A stretch of DNA of 64,000 bases, taken from positions 1 to 64,000 of the IMG/VR virus record IMGVR_UViG_3300017991_000048, one strand, 5' to 3'. Every line of letters starts with the position of its first letter. The stretch's first letter is position 1. Below the pieces are notes generated by a model. It did not search any database and had not been told where the DNA came from. It saw nothing but the letters and a program-made list of their open reading frames with translations. The position numbers and the translations under genes were made by a program. Shown one piece after another: positions 10,024 to 19,572 of this stretch.

Positions 10024-10767
10024 CTAACTCCTCTGTACGAATGCTTCGATACTCCAATCGATTGTTGCAACTTCATTCGGAACCGCTCTGATAACGAAGT
10101 CCGTGCCAGATACCACTGCATCGATACTCCAGATCAGACTCTCACTTTCCTGCGGACCGTTTAGTATTAGCAGATCATGCACCCGTTCTGCATTTGTGTC
10201 ATCTCTGCTGAATAGTGCCGAAAACACCCAAGTCTTATACTTCAACACAGTGCTATCGGTCGCAACGATAGTCCCCCAAATTACGTATGCTCCGTTGTCA
10301 GTGCCGGGATCAAAAGTGCCGAGATTCGCTGCCGTATCCGAGCTGGTCTGAATATCGGCATCAATATCAAACCCGCCACCGCCGCCACCGGGGATTGTTA
10401 CGACCGTTTTTCCGCCAGCATCCGCTGCTGTAACACCGGCTCCTACGAAGTTTAGATCGTCCCTTTGGGTTAATGGGGTGCCCTCATCTTCAATTGTATG
10501 ACCGCTTCCTGCTGGCCCGGTTGGACCAATAGGCCCGGTTGGACCAATAGGCCCGGTTGCCCCAAAACCGCCTGTTGGTCCAGTGGCTCCGGGTCCGCCT
10601 GTTGGCCCTGTCGGTCCTGGGGGTCCCGGTGGTCCGCCTGGGCCTGTAGCGCCGGTATGATCCAGAAGCTCTGGCTGGCCGCTCTCGTTGATATAAAACA
10701 CCACATACATATCCGAAGGCGGCGGCGGCACCGCCCCAGAAGGTCGTCTTCTTAATGCTATAGTCAT
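10024..10767 (-). CDS. Collagen-like (Gly-X-Y) fibre protein
   Basis: About 16 GXY triplets ([14 protein letters not shown]...), EDEG..NFVG.GVT module shared with 11375..12727; start MTIALRRR. Confidence 0.8.
   Translation of the reverse strand: MTIALRRRPSGAVPPPPSDMYVVFYINESGQPELLDHTGATGPGGPPGPPGPTGPTGGPGATGPTGGFGATGPIGPTGPIGPTGPAGSGHTIEDEGTPLTQRDDLNFVGAGVTAADAGGKTVVTIPGGGGGGFDIDADIQTSSDTAANLGTFDPGTDNGAYVIWGTIVATDSTVLKYKTWVFSALFSRDDTNAERVHDLLILNGPQESESLIWSIDAVVSGTDFVIRAVPNEVATIDWSIEAFVQRS
10501..10650 (-). repeat. Collagen-encoding 9/18-nt tandem repeats
   Basis: ggcccggttggaccaata-type repeats on the + strand. Confidence 0.85.
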
Positions 10768-10769
10768 CT

Positions 10770-11333
10770 TTAACCTACCTGCATCCAGTTTGCTCCATCT
10801 GAACGGAGTTTGACCCACTCATAATCGGTGTTCATCACATGGCTCGCTGCCCCGTCTATCGTTTCGCCACCGAATGTGTTTATCGTGCAATTGTTGGTTG
10901 CCGCTGTAGTCAACTTGACCCAAATCTCACGGTTTGTTCCGCCAACTGCTGTAGGCAGAGTTACCGTGGCAACACCGCCTGAAACATCGACTCTGATAAG
11001 CTCCCCAAGAGCAGCGGCGATAGCTCCGGTCTGAACGGCTGTCTGAAGTACAGGCGTTCCACCTAATAAACCCGGAGCCTTCCAAGTAGCTGCCACAGCC
11101 GAGTCCGCTGTTAAAACGCCGCCTGCAACCGGAGGGGCTGATGCTGAAACATCAACTGGCGCTCCCGTGGTAGCCAGTTCGTCTGCTGTTCCAACCCCAG
11201 ATGGCCGCACAACACCGGCATCATCTTTGGTTTTCAGAATGTCATCAGCAAGATCAACAAACAGACTCAACTGGTCTGTCGCTGGTAACACCACACTAGC
11301 GGCACTCTGTTTCTTTAACGTAATCTGACCCAT
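10770..11333 (-). CDS. Fibre/appendage structural protein
   Basis: Ala/Thr/Val rich; C-terminal TIDG...[11 protein letters not shown] module; shared N-terminal module. Confidence 0.7.
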   Translation of the reverse strand: MGQITLKKQSAASVVLPATDQLSLFVDLADDILKTKDDAGVVRPSGVGTADELATTGAPVDVSASAPPVAGGVLTADSAVAATWKAPGLLGGTPVLQTAVQTGAIAAALGELIRVDVSGGVATVTLPTAVGGTNREIWVKLTTAATNNCTINTFGGETIDGAASHVMNTDYEWVKLRSDGANWMQVG

Positions 11334-11374
11334 AATCTATTGCCTCCAAAAGACGACACTCAATGAATGAATGA

Positions 11375-12727
11375 TTATCCGTGTTCAACGGCTTTACCTG
11401 ACACCCGCCAATCAATGCTTTCTGCGGCGTCTCCAGTAACCTGAATATCAATAATCGGACCGCCACCAGGAATATCAAACGTGACGTCCCAAGCAGCGGC
11501 TCCCGCATCCTTATAAGGACCGTTTACAAAATTAACATCTTTGTTAGTCACGGTTGTGGCCCCCGCACCCCTACGGAAAGCCGCCGCAACTTTGAACAAC
11601 GCCACGTCTGACGTATCGTTAGATTGAGCCTCTATCAGAAAGTCAAGGGCTACAATTCGATTGTCAGCCAGAGTGGAGTAAGAATATAATGTGGTAGGTG
11701 TGGCATCTGCGGTACTAATATTGGCATCGATATATGTGGTCCCTGGATACGCCAGTTCCAAAGCAGTCGTAATATCGTAACCATCGTAAGGAGTGACATC
11801 TACAATATCCCCATCAACGATCAGAGTGCCGTCCACGATCAACGGCTCCACATACGGCATCCGGTCATTCTCTTGAACGACCCGCCTGGACCGTGGCGGG
11901 ATATAAGCTATTGAGAAGTTGTCTTCGGTCCTTACCGCTGTAGCATTGCCGTCGATAAAGAGGTTACCGCCATCCCCCACGACAACATTGTTCTCAAACA
12001 ACATGTCCTGTTTTTCAGGGACTGTCTGATCATCAGTAACTTCAGCTAGACTGTAGCCGCCACCGCCCTCGACCTCTACTTGAGTCTTACCTCCTGTATC
12101 AGTGACAGTGACGCCATCCCCCACGAAATTCATGGTGGCTCTTTGGGTTACCGGTACGCCTTCATCCTCAACCAAAGTGTAGCCGCCACCGCCAATGGCC
12201 TCAAAAGTCAGGGCTGTGGTGTTAAGGGTTATTGGAGCCGCTGTAGCCAAAATGAAAATCTGCTTGCCGTTCGCAGTTCCTTCTGGCCCTGTGGTAGTAA
12301 TACAACCGGGATTGACCTGATCTGACGCAGCAAAGTCTTCGCGCCGTTCCAGTATAAAAGGGTTAGCCCCGTCACCGAGTTGAGTGACAGTATAAATGCC
12401 GTTATCCTCGCCAGCCGCCCCGTTCTGTAGAAGAAGGTCATCAGTTAAGGCAGGAGCAACACCGTCAATAGAAGGCAGAGCACCGTTGGCGTTCGCCGTA
12501 ATAACATTATCTACCCGTGTGTAAGCTGGCAGAACCGCATCAGTGGCGAACCGAACAGCGTCATGGTAATCTTCTGGCCCTGAGGCCACCGGATAAATAA
12601 CGCCAAGGTGGTCTTTCCACTTTAAAGCTCCGTCCGCAACGTCCCGAAATAACCGAGCTTTTCCAGCCCCAGTCGCTACCGGAATAGCAGAAGCAAGCTC
12701 ACCTGTAAGTTGGATGTTAGACGCCAT
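11375..12727 (-). CDS. Fibre-like structural protein
   Basis: DAVRFAT...IDGV...LLQN....NGIY fibre repeat; EDEG..NFVGDGVT module. Confidence 0.7.
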   Translation of the reverse strand: MASNIQLTGELASAIPVATGAGKARLFRDVADGALKWKDHLGVIYPVASGPEDYHDAVRFATDAVLPAYTRVDNVITANANGALPSIDGVAPALTDDLLLQNGAAGEDNGIYTVTQLGDGANPFILERREDFAASDQVNPGCITTTGPEGTANGKQIFILATAAPITLNTTALTFEAIGGGGYTLVEDEGVPVTQRATMNFVGDGVTVTDTGGKTQVEVEGGGGYSLAEVTDDQTVPEKQDMLFENNVVVGDGGNLFIDGNATAVRTEDNFSIAYIPPRSRRVVQENDRMPYVEPLIVDGTLIVDGDIVDVTPYDGYDITTALELAYPGTTYIDANISTADATPTTLYSYSTLADNRIVALDFLIEAQSNDTSDVALFKVAAAFRRGAGATTVTNKDVNFVNGPYKDAGAAAWDVTFDIPGGGPIIDIQVTGDAAESIDWRVSGKAVEHG

Positions 12728-12730
12728 CTC

Positions 12731-13318
12731 CTAAATCTCCAGCACAATTAATTCGCCAATCGAATCCAACGTTCCCTCAACATTCACGCCACCAACAACA
12801 ATCATTTGCTGGTACTGAGGGATGGTTACGGTGGTTCCGCTTGGGACGGTTTCGTAACTAAAGTTGTCAAGACCTCCGCCACCCCCTCCCGAACGGATAA
12901 GAGGATTTAACTTTGTGGCCCACCCATAATCCGTGTTCCCCTCACGAGTTTCTAAGACAAACCCAACACGAGTGCTGAAGGCGGTAAGCGAAAAAGTACC
13001 AAAGGACGTTTCTAGCGGCCCTCCGGTGCCTGTGACAGTGCTTTTGAAGCCTACAGCCCTGCCCGTGCTCGCGGGAAACACAAACGTAACAACGGTTGTG
13101 GGGGTCAGAACTAGATGGGTAATGGGATTGACATCGGTGAGGGCGGGAGTTGTAGACAACTCATCTGTTCCCAAGACCTCCAAATACCACTCCACAACGC
13201 TAGAAGCGTCCTGTAGCTTGATGCTGATCGTATTGCCTGGGCCTACGTCTACGCCGTCCGTTGTGGGTACAAACGGTCCAACTCCGTCTTGAATCAAGCA
13301 GATAGGAGAAAGTGGCAT
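12731..13318 (-). CDS. Putative structural protein
   Basis: First gene of minus-strand structural cluster; C-terminal TVTIPQYQQMIV.G.L module resembles middle of 11375..12727. Confidence 0.6.
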   Translation of the reverse strand: MPLSPICLIQDGVGPFVPTTDGVDVGPGNTISIKLQDASSVVEWYLEVLGTDELSTTPALTDVNPITHLVLTPTTVVTFVFPASTGRAVGFKSTVTGTGGPLETSFGTFSLTAFSTRVGFVLETREGNTDYGWATKLNPLIRSGGGGGGLDNFSYETVPSGTTVTIPQYQQMIVVGGVNVEGTLDSIGELIVLEI

Positions 13319-13403
13319 ATCACTACCTGCTGGTACATAAGGAAAAATTACGGGCTACAATGGTGTAAGTAAAAAAATAACCTTATGATTCTGAATTCTT
13401 AAG

Positions 13404-13688
13404 ATGTCTTCTGCGATGTTAGAACTATTCTGTAGCCGATGTGGTAAAACACCCCACCAATTCCAAAACCCTCTCAACGAAGAGTCCTATTGGAACTGTT
13501 CCAAATGTCACCAAAAGGTGAAAACAATGGATATTATAGAACAATTGGTCGCAATAGCGACACAGGCAAGAGATTGGGAAAGAAGAGCGCTACGGGCAGA
13601 GTCCGCGTTAGAAGACAGACCTAATGGGCGAAAACCCTGGAGAAGGGAAGATCGGAGTCGAGGTCTAATGAGGTACAGGTTCCGCTAA
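13404..13688 (+). CDS. Zn-ribbon protein
   Basis: CSRC...CSKC then helical tail; GGTGTAA box upstream. Confidence 0.65.
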   Translation: MSSAMLELFCSRCGKTPHQFQNPLNEESYWNCSKCHQKVKTMDIIEQLVAIATQARDWERRALRAESALEDRPNGRKPWRREDRSRGLMRYRFR

Positions 13689-14086
13689 CGGCAATCGTAA
13701 GTATACGCCGTTAGAATCCTCCGGGCTTTCAAATAAGAACCTAACTGACCCAAAGGAGGTAAAGGCATCTCCGGTGTTAACTCTCCAGGCTCCACAAAAA
13801 GCAGATCTTCAAAATTCTTCACTAATTTCGAAATAGGTATCTTCACAGTCATTGAGTCCACAACCGGTCCCACTGTCTCATCTAATATAACTGGGGTTCC
13901 CTTCACCCATTCCAGGGGCAGCCAATCTAACTGTTGGGTTTTATCAAACCGACCAACCACAGTTCCGTCAGTGACCAGCCAATCCCCACGCCGAAGTCTA
14001 ATTCGATGAGAAGGCTTTGGCCCCGTCAACAAATGATCTTTCATAACAAAGTGGTAGCCTGAACGCATGTTTTTGATTTTTGACAA
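13685..14086 (-). CDS. Hypothetical protein
   Basis: 133-aa ORF filling the gap between plus-strand genes. Confidence 0.55.
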   Translation of the reverse strand: MSKIKNMRSGYHFVMKDHLLTGPKPSHRIRLRRGDWLVTDGTVVGRFDKTQQLDWLPLEWVKGTPVILDETVGPVVDSMTVKIPISKLVKNFEDLLFVEPGELTPEMPLPPLGQLGSYLKARRILTAYTYDCR

Positions 14087-14092
14087 AAAGTT

Positions 14093-14121
14093 TAGAGATC
14101 TCCGAGTCTCAAGTGTAATAT
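14093..14121 (+). promoter_or_regulatory. Phage promoter class I
   Basis: TAGAGA-N17-TAATAT, 4 nt before ATG 14126. Confidence 0.7.
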
Positions 14122-14125
14122 AAGT

Positions 14126-14503
14126 ATGGAAGATTTATTCGAAAAAGAAATTGAGGCCCGTAAAGCAGCGGATGAACAAGTAGAAACAGAACAGAGTTCC
14201 CTTGAACCGGGTGACTTTTGCGTCCGTTACGCCCATGGGCTGGCAATCTATAGCGAAATCCTGGACGCCGCCACCCTTTCTCTGCGTGGTCGTCGCCTTG
14301 AAGACCTTGATGAAGACGAACGTGAAGAATACGAATTCGTCCGTACCTCTTATCAAGACGAACACATGCGGAACTACCGCTTCACTCGCTCGTATAGCTG
14401 TGTGTGCCCTCAAGGTGAACTGGGAGACATTCACGTGTCAACTGTCTCACGTTGTCTCACTCACGAAGAGTTTATCGCCGCTAAAAACAACGGTTGGCAA
14501 TGA
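14126..14503 (+). CDS. Hypothetical protein
   Basis: 125-aa acidic ORF behind class I promoter. Confidence 0.75.
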   Translation: MEDLFEKEIEARKAADEQVETEQSSLEPGDFCVRYAHGLAIYSEILDAATLSLRGRRLEDLDEDEREEYEFVRTSYQDEHMRNYRFTRSYSCVCPQGELGDIHVSTVSRCLTHEEFIAAKNNGWQ

Positions 14504-14526
14504 TTCTCTTTTGAGAACACACTGAC

Positions 14527-14880
14527 ATGCTAGGAGAATTCAAAAGTGTGCTCCCTGATTTGTCTGTTTATCCTTCTACCAAAGAAGGAGTTGAACACCT
14601 CATACAAGATTTAACCCCTGCAATTACCAATTTGTGGAAGACTGAGCGCAAAGATTCAGACGATTTGGTAGCAGTGATCGACGCTCATACCAATAATATA
14701 TCCCTGAAATCTAGAAAAGCTGTCTACGTGCAATTAAAAAGACACAACCCTGAGATAGATTTGCTCAAACGACTTCAAAAGCCTGCCTCAAAAGCAAACG
14801 GAACTGTAAAAATCTGGACAATTGTTGGGTTTTCAAACGGAAAAGTTTGCGCTCTTCCGATGGTTTTAGCTCGCAGCTAA
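14527..14880 (+). CDS. Hypothetical protein
   Basis: 117-aa ORF co-oriented with 14126. Confidence 0.6.
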   Translation: MLGEFKSVLPDLSVYPSTKEGVEHLIQDLTPAITNLWKTERKDSDDLVAVIDAHTNNISLKSRKAVYVQLKRHNPEIDLLKRLQKPASKANGTVKIWTIVGFSNGKVCALPMVLARS

Positions 14881-15447
14881 AGCAGCACTAGAGTGGTCCC
14901 TGATCAAGTCAAAGTACTGCTCGCGGCCTTTACACAAAATGATACAAGGCTCGACGCCAACCAATAACGAATGGTTGATCGTAAGCACCCGGCCAACCTT
15001 TCCGTTATAGAGATCATAAGGATGGATATTTTCAAATTTACAATGAAGCTCCCAAACTTCGAAAACTCTCTGCTCCAATTCAGTGTTCTTTTGAAGACGT
15101 AACATATTTACTACTCTTTGAACCGAACGGTTCCACTCCCACATAAAATAAGGGACGTCAGCAACCGGCAATAAATGATTAAGGCCGATCTTTTTTTCCC
15201 TCCTCCGAAGTTTCCCGGCTAATAAATGATCTCGGAGTAGTAGCCTATGTACAGAATGAGGTAAAGCGAAGCGGCTTTCTGACGCCATTTTGATCGCGTA
15301 CATTACAGCTTCTCTGTGTCCGTCGTAAACTAACTCCCCTGGCTCACTCAGACCGGGCTGCGGATCAATCTTGTTAGACTCTGTTACAAATTCATGGACC
15401 CACTCCGCAGACAAGCCAGCCTGATAAAGCAACTCAGTTTCTTCCAT
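14866..15447 (-). CDS. Fic/Doc-family protein with degenerate motif
   Basis: FVTESNKID and HCKFENIHPYDLYNGKVGR versus canonical HPFx(D/E)GNGRxxR. Confidence 0.75.
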   Translation of the reverse strand: MEETELLYQAGLSAEWVHEFVTESNKIDPQPGLSEPGELVYDGHREAVMYAIKMASESRFALPHSVHRLLLRDHLLAGKLRRREKKIGLNHLLPVADVPYFMWEWNRSVQRVVNMLRLQKNTELEQRVFEVWELHCKFENIHPYDLYNGKVGRVLTINHSLLVGVEPCIILCKGREQYFDLIRDHSSAALAAS

Positions 15448-15449
15448 AC

Positions 15450-15701
15450 CTATTTCCTTTTAAGTTGCCGCGCTGCTTCCTGAAGATCTTTCGCGGAAGT
15501 GCGTTTGACTTCGGCCCAAGGCTTCGAAAGCTCAACCGCCTCTTGCAAAAGCTCTTTCATAACTGTTTGCCAGGGGCGTCCACGACGGTCGGCTATCTCT
15601 TTAATGGCTTCTTCCAAATCATAAGGTAACCGGAAAGTTACAATCCTACTCAACTTTCCCCGTGTCGTAAGCGGCTTATCTGGTTTTCGTCGATGGTGCA
15701 T
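15450..15701 (-). CDS. Ribbon-helix-helix (CopG-like) protein
   Basis: IVTFRLPYDLEEAIKEIA....PWQTVMKELL strand-helix-helix pattern. Confidence 0.7.
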   Translation of the reverse strand: MHHRRKPDKPLTTRGKLSRIVTFRLPYDLEEAIKEIADRRGRPWQTVMKELLQEAVELSKPWAEVKRTSAKDLQEAARQLKRK

Positions 15702-15979
15702 TACGTTTCTGAGTCTGTTTTACGCTTTGCTAAACGCACTAGCCGTTGAATTTCGCGTTCTTGTGTCCTGGTTGGCCCCTGAACTTTGAACCGCCCAAAA
15801 GGTGTAGACCAACCATAATAACGAGCCTCCGACTTGAGGCCCTCTTCAACTAACCATTGTAAATATGTTTGATACTTGATTTCGTGGTATGCTGCTCCTT
15901 GCTGCAACAGTTCCAACACATGCGGTTCAATCCGAACAGTAATAGGTACTTTCGAAACCTTCTTACGCTTTGACACCAT
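15701..15979 (-). CDS. RHH / BrnA-like antitoxin-type DNA-binding protein
   Basis: KVPITVRIEPHVLELLQQGA....KYQTYLQWLV; start MVSKRKK. Confidence 0.65.
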   Translation of the reverse strand: MVSKRKKVSKVPITVRIEPHVLELLQQGAAYHEIKYQTYLQWLVEEGLKSEARYYGWSTPFGRFKVQGPTRTQEREIQRLVRLAKRKTDSET

Positions 15980-16604
15980 GGACGACTCTACACCACTACC
16001 AAAAACAATGGAATATGGGCAACTTAGGGCCGAAAGCCTCGATGAAGTGGCTCCCCGGTTGGTGGAATTCACACAAGATCTCATCAAACGCCTGAGAGCT
16101 TGTAAAATCAAAATTGAAACTACTACGGTTTACCTGTTGAACTCTACGGATCATCCCATCGAAGTCCCATGTTCTGGAAACGGAGTTCCCATAGAAATGA
16201 ACTTCGATGCCTCGCTCCCGGTCTGGTCACCAGAGCCCAGAGCCAGAGTCCAGGTCAGTTTCAACCACGGAAAGCGTTACTTCTATCTTGAACGAGGCAA
16301 AGAGCTTCGGAACGCCAAGTTTCCGATGTCCAAGGTGCTAAAACGGTTTCTCGGTGAAATTAAGATCACTGAACGAAAGGTTCGAATTCAATCAGAAAAG
16401 AAAGAGAAAGCTCTAAAAGCAAGGCAAAACCTCAGTAAGCTCTGCAAAGAAATGGGAGCCTTACCCACGAAAAACCCCGATATTGTTCAGAAAAACAGCG
16501 TGAAGGTCACGTGCTTACCGCAAACGCCTACTCAAGTGTCCCTCACCCTTACTGTTACACACGACCAAGTACTTGAAATCATTAGAAAGTATACAAAAGT
16601 TTAA
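15978..16604 (+). CDS. Hypothetical protein
   Basis: Start MDDSTPL within ORF 15876..16604; coiled-coil C-half. Confidence 0.7.
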   Translation: MDDSTPLPKTMEYGQLRAESLDEVAPRLVEFTQDLIKRLRACKIKIETTTVYLLNSTDHPIEVPCSGNGVPIEMNFDASLPVWSPEPRARVQVSFNHGKRYFYLERGKELRNAKFPMSKVLKRFLGEIKITERKVRIQSEKKEKALKARQNLSKLCKEMGALPTKNPDIVQKNSVKVTCLPQTPTQVSLTLTVTHDQVLEIIRKYTKV

Positions 16605-16612
16605 CCTTAAAC

Positions 16613-16641
16613 TAAAGTTTTCCAACGCTGAAGTGTAATTA
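16613..16641 (+). promoter_or_regulatory. Phage promoter class I (variant)
   Basis: TAAAGT-N17-TAATTA upstream of RBS GGAGG and 16674. Confidence 0.6.
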
Positions 16642-16673
16642 AATTAGGGCTAAGCTTTGGCCTATGGAGGTAT

Positions 16674-17027
16674 ATGTGTATGAACAAACCAACTCACCAA
16701 GTCCCGATCGGGTCCATTGTCAAAGTTAAGGTGGACTTGTCGTATGGGGTTTGCAGCGAAGACGTCAAAATCGACTTGGCAGGAGACTGTCAGCTTTACG
16801 TTGTGGCTCATGCTGACAATGGATCAGAATCAACACCGTTGTATGTAGTCTCCGATTTACCCGTGGAGTATGCGGCGGACACAGAGCCACACAGTCAACC
16901 CCGATTACTGTACCGTTCCTTGGCTACGCTCGTAGAGTACTTCTTTGAGGACGCTATCGAACCGACAGGACAACAGCAAAAGCTCCACTCAAACCTTTCC
17001 GAGTGGATCGCAAAGGATGCCGCATGA
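16674..17027 (+). CDS. Hypothetical protein
   Basis: RBS GGAGG; 117 aa. Confidence 0.7.
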   Translation: MCMNKPTHQVPIGSIVKVKVDLSYGVCSEDVKIDLAGDCQLYVVAHADNGSESTPLYVVSDLPVEYAADTEPHSQPRLLYRSLATLVEYFFEDAIEPTGQQQKLHSNLSEWIAKDAA

Positions 17028-17572
17028 CACCTTTCTTGAAAGTATACTTTGCAGTTGAAGCTCCTTTATCTGTTTTCTTCTACGACACCGGCAGACGAGA
17101 ACACGTTTGCAGTGGTTCTTCGCACACCGTGAGCGAAACTGCCAAGTTCTGTGAACAGTGTGGAGCTGCCGCCATGACCAAACCAATAATGGAGCCCACA
17201 GAGGTATTCAGAGCCTTCTGTGTCAAGATGGACTGCACCCCAGAATACGCTTTTGATGCACTCAGAAAAGGCGAATGGGAATGGTCTGATGAAGAGGGGT
17301 CAAGCCACACTCTTGGTTGGCACAAAGTTAACTACCTAGAAGACTCCGAGAGTTTAGCTGAAAGCTCCAGCGGTAAGCGGTTAATGGCTCTGGGAATAGA
17401 ATTGGCTTCCCGTGATCTAACAGACGACATAGTTTATGAATCCCGAAAACAAGAACTGTCATATACCCTTGATGACCTAGCCGCGTTCACTAGAGTTATG
17501 CAAGAAGTCAAAGACGAGTTTAACATCCCCGCAGCCCCGAAGCTCTATGTCCAAGGGTATCTGTCTTATTAG
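17024..17572 (+). CDS. Hypothetical protein with Zn-ribbon
   Basis: C.G.H...FCEQCG; ATGA-type overlap with upstream gene. Confidence 0.7.
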   Translation: MTPFLKVYFAVEAPLSVFFYDTGRREHVCSGSSHTVSETAKFCEQCGAAAMTKPIMEPTEVFRAFCVKMDCTPEYAFDALRKGEWEWSDEEGSSHTLGWHKVNYLEDSESLAESSSGKRLMALGIELASRDLTDDIVYESRKQELSYTLDDLAAFTRVMQEVKDEFNIPAAPKLYVQGYLSY

Positions 17573-17603
17573 ATCTATTACACCTCACTTTCGTTCCTTT
17601 TAT

Positions 17604-17632
17604 ATATTACACTTCAACTCCACAAAACTCTA
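17604..17632 (-). promoter_or_regulatory. Phage promoter class I, leftward
   Basis: TAGAGT-N17-TAATAT on minus strand, back-to-back with 17647. Confidence 0.65.
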
Positions 17633-17646
17633 GTTTGACTTTTTCC

Positions 17647-17675
17647 TAGAGTTTCCCCGACCTCAAGTGTAATAT
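17647..17675 (+). promoter_or_regulatory. Phage promoter class I
   Basis: TAGAGT-N17-TAATAT upstream of 17691. Confidence 0.75.
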
Positions 17676-17690
17676 ATAAAAGGACGGCAT

Positions 17691-19187
17691 ATGAGTAAGA
17701 ACTATCTACCCACCTTCGACGTTTCCAAGAAAGGTCTGGCGAACATACTGGCCAGGAGGGGCGTCGAGTTCATCGTTCTGGAACTGATTCAGAACGCCTT
17801 GGACGAAAACTCATCCAGGGTCGAAGTTGAGTTCATCCCCGTTCCTAATAAAAGAGGACTGTACCGATTGACCGTCGAAGACGACAACCCAGAAGGCTTC
17901 AAAAACATAGCCAACGTCTATACACTGTTTGGAGAATCCCCCAAGGCTTCCGATCCAACCAAGGCTGGACGTTATATGATGGGTGAGAAACTCGTTATTG
18001 CAAACTGCCAAGAGGCATCGGTTCTGACCACCACCGGGCATGTGCTGTTCAATGAAAAGGGCAGGCGTCATGGTCGGAAACGCCGAGACTTCGGATCAAT
18101 CTTCACCGGGACTTTGCGAATGACAAAGGCTCAGGCCGAATGTATCAGGGCTGCGGTAAGTACCGTTATCGTCCGTGAAGATGCCAAGCTGATATTCAAT
18201 GGCATCCAAATGCCATACTGGGAACCTGAGACAACGTTCCAGGGTACATTGACAACCGAAAAGGCTGACGAAGAGGGACGCATTCGCCGCACCAGACGCA
18301 AGACCAACATAGAGGTCTACAATGTTCAGGACGGTGACACCCCCATGCTTTACGAAATAGGACTACCGGTTGTCGAGATTGACTGCCCTTACCATATTAA
18401 TGTCTGCCAGCGAGTGCCTCTCAATGTTGAGAGAGACAATGTTACCCCGGCTTACATGCGTGAGATTCTAACACTTGTCCTGAACGAAATACACCAGGAG
18501 CTTGACGAAGAGGATGCCAAAGCACCCTGGATTGATGAAGCCCTGGAGTCTGGCAACGTAACCAACGAAGCTCTTGGAGATGTGATTACGGCTCGTTATG
18601 GTGACAAGGTTGTCTTGCAAGACCCCAAGGACCGGGAAGCTGAAAAGATTGCCGTATCCAAAGGCTACACAGTTATGCCCAACTCAATGCCGTCTGCCAC
18701 GCGGAAAGCGATAAAAACGTCTGGCCACGTGCTCCCGGCAGGACAAGTGACACCTAGCCCCAAGGCGTGGTCTGACGACCCAAATGCAAGCCCTGCTGAC
18801 TATATTCCTTACGAAAAGTGGTCGCCGGGTATGAAGCGGGTTGCCGTTTATGCGACACGGCTTGCTCGACTGCTGATGGATGTGACCCTGAATGTTTCTT
18901 ATGTCAGGGTGCCCAACAATTTCCAAGCCTGTTATGGAAGAGGCACCCACACAGGTGACCTCACATTCAACCTCCGCTATCAGAAAAAGGCGTGGTTTGA
19001 TGAGGCTTACGATAATATCGAGGAACTGGACAGCCTGCTCATTCACGAGTTCGGGCATCATTACAGCAGCGACCACCTGAGCGGCAGGTATCACAACGCC
19101 CTGTGTGACCTTGGAGCCAAGCTCAAAAAGCTGGCACTGGCCGGTAAGCTCAGGGAGCCGACCAAGAAACTTCAAGTACGGTCGTAG
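17691..19187 (+). CDS. GHKL ATPase fused to C-terminal HExxH metallopeptidase-like segment
   Basis: ELIQNALDE, VEDDNPEGF, AGRYMMGEK; LLIHEFGHH near C-terminus. Confidence 0.78.
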   Translation: MSKNYLPTFDVSKKGLANILARRGVEFIVLELIQNALDENSSRVEVEFIPVPNKRGLYRLTVEDDNPEGFKNIANVYTLFGESPKASDPTKAGRYMMGEKLVIANCQEASVLTTTGHVLFNEKGRRHGRKRRDFGSIFTGTLRMTKAQAECIRAAVSTVIVREDAKLIFNGIQMPYWEPETTFQGTLTTEKADEEGRIRRTRRKTNIEVYNVQDGDTPMLYEIGLPVVEIDCPYHINVCQRVPLNVERDNVTPAYMREILTLVLNEIHQELDEEDAKAPWIDEALESGNVTNEALGDVITARYGDKVVLQDPKDREAEKIAVSKGYTVMPNSMPSATRKAIKTSGHVLPAGQVTPSPKAWSDDPNASPADYIPYEKWSPGMKRVAVYATRLARLLMDVTLNVSYVRVPNNFQACYGRGTHTGDLTFNLRYQKKAWFDEAYDNIEELDSLLIHEFGHHYSSDHLSGRYHNALCDLGAKLKKLALAGKLREPTKKLQVRS

Positions 19188-19354
19188 ATACCCTGCAAGC
19201 TTTTCATCTGTTTTGCCGTAAGGCTTTTCCCCTCTTCAAGGCGCTCTTCAATGTTGATTACAAACTCTTCTTCCCATTCAGTTAGCTCAAAGTTATCATC
19301 TAATTTAATACAGGTATTAATAGCTTCTATCATATCTTGTGGAGTTGTTGCCAT
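19172..19354 (-). CDS. Small hypothetical protein
   Basis: LTEWEEEFV.NI.ERL....LT.KQ pattern common in phage genomes. Confidence 0.7.
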   Translation of the reverse strand: MATTPQDMIEAINTCIKLDDNFELTEWEEEFVINIEERLEEGKSLTAKQMKSLQGIYDRT

Positions 19355-19362
19355 CAGTATTC

Positions 19363-19572
19363 CTACGCTGGTAGTTTAAAAACCTTAGATAGCTCTTGAG
19401 TAATGATCTCTTCTGTCTCGCCGTATGTTATGACAGCTTGCCCCTCCATCCCAAACTGAGTCAGATCGATTAAGATTGGTTTTCCCTCTCTCAAATGCTC
19501 AAGGTTTTTCTCGGAGAGGCCCAAGATCACAGCCGGTTTTCCCTCGTTAGTTTTTACGCCCAACTTAATCAT
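19363..19572 (-). CDS. Small hypothetical protein
   Basis: ILGLSEKNLEHLREGKPI; in tight minus-strand operon. Confidence 0.7.
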   Translation of the reverse strand: MIKLGVKTNEGKPAVILGLSEKNLEHLREGKPILIDLTQFGMEGQAVITYGETEEIITQELSKVFKLPA

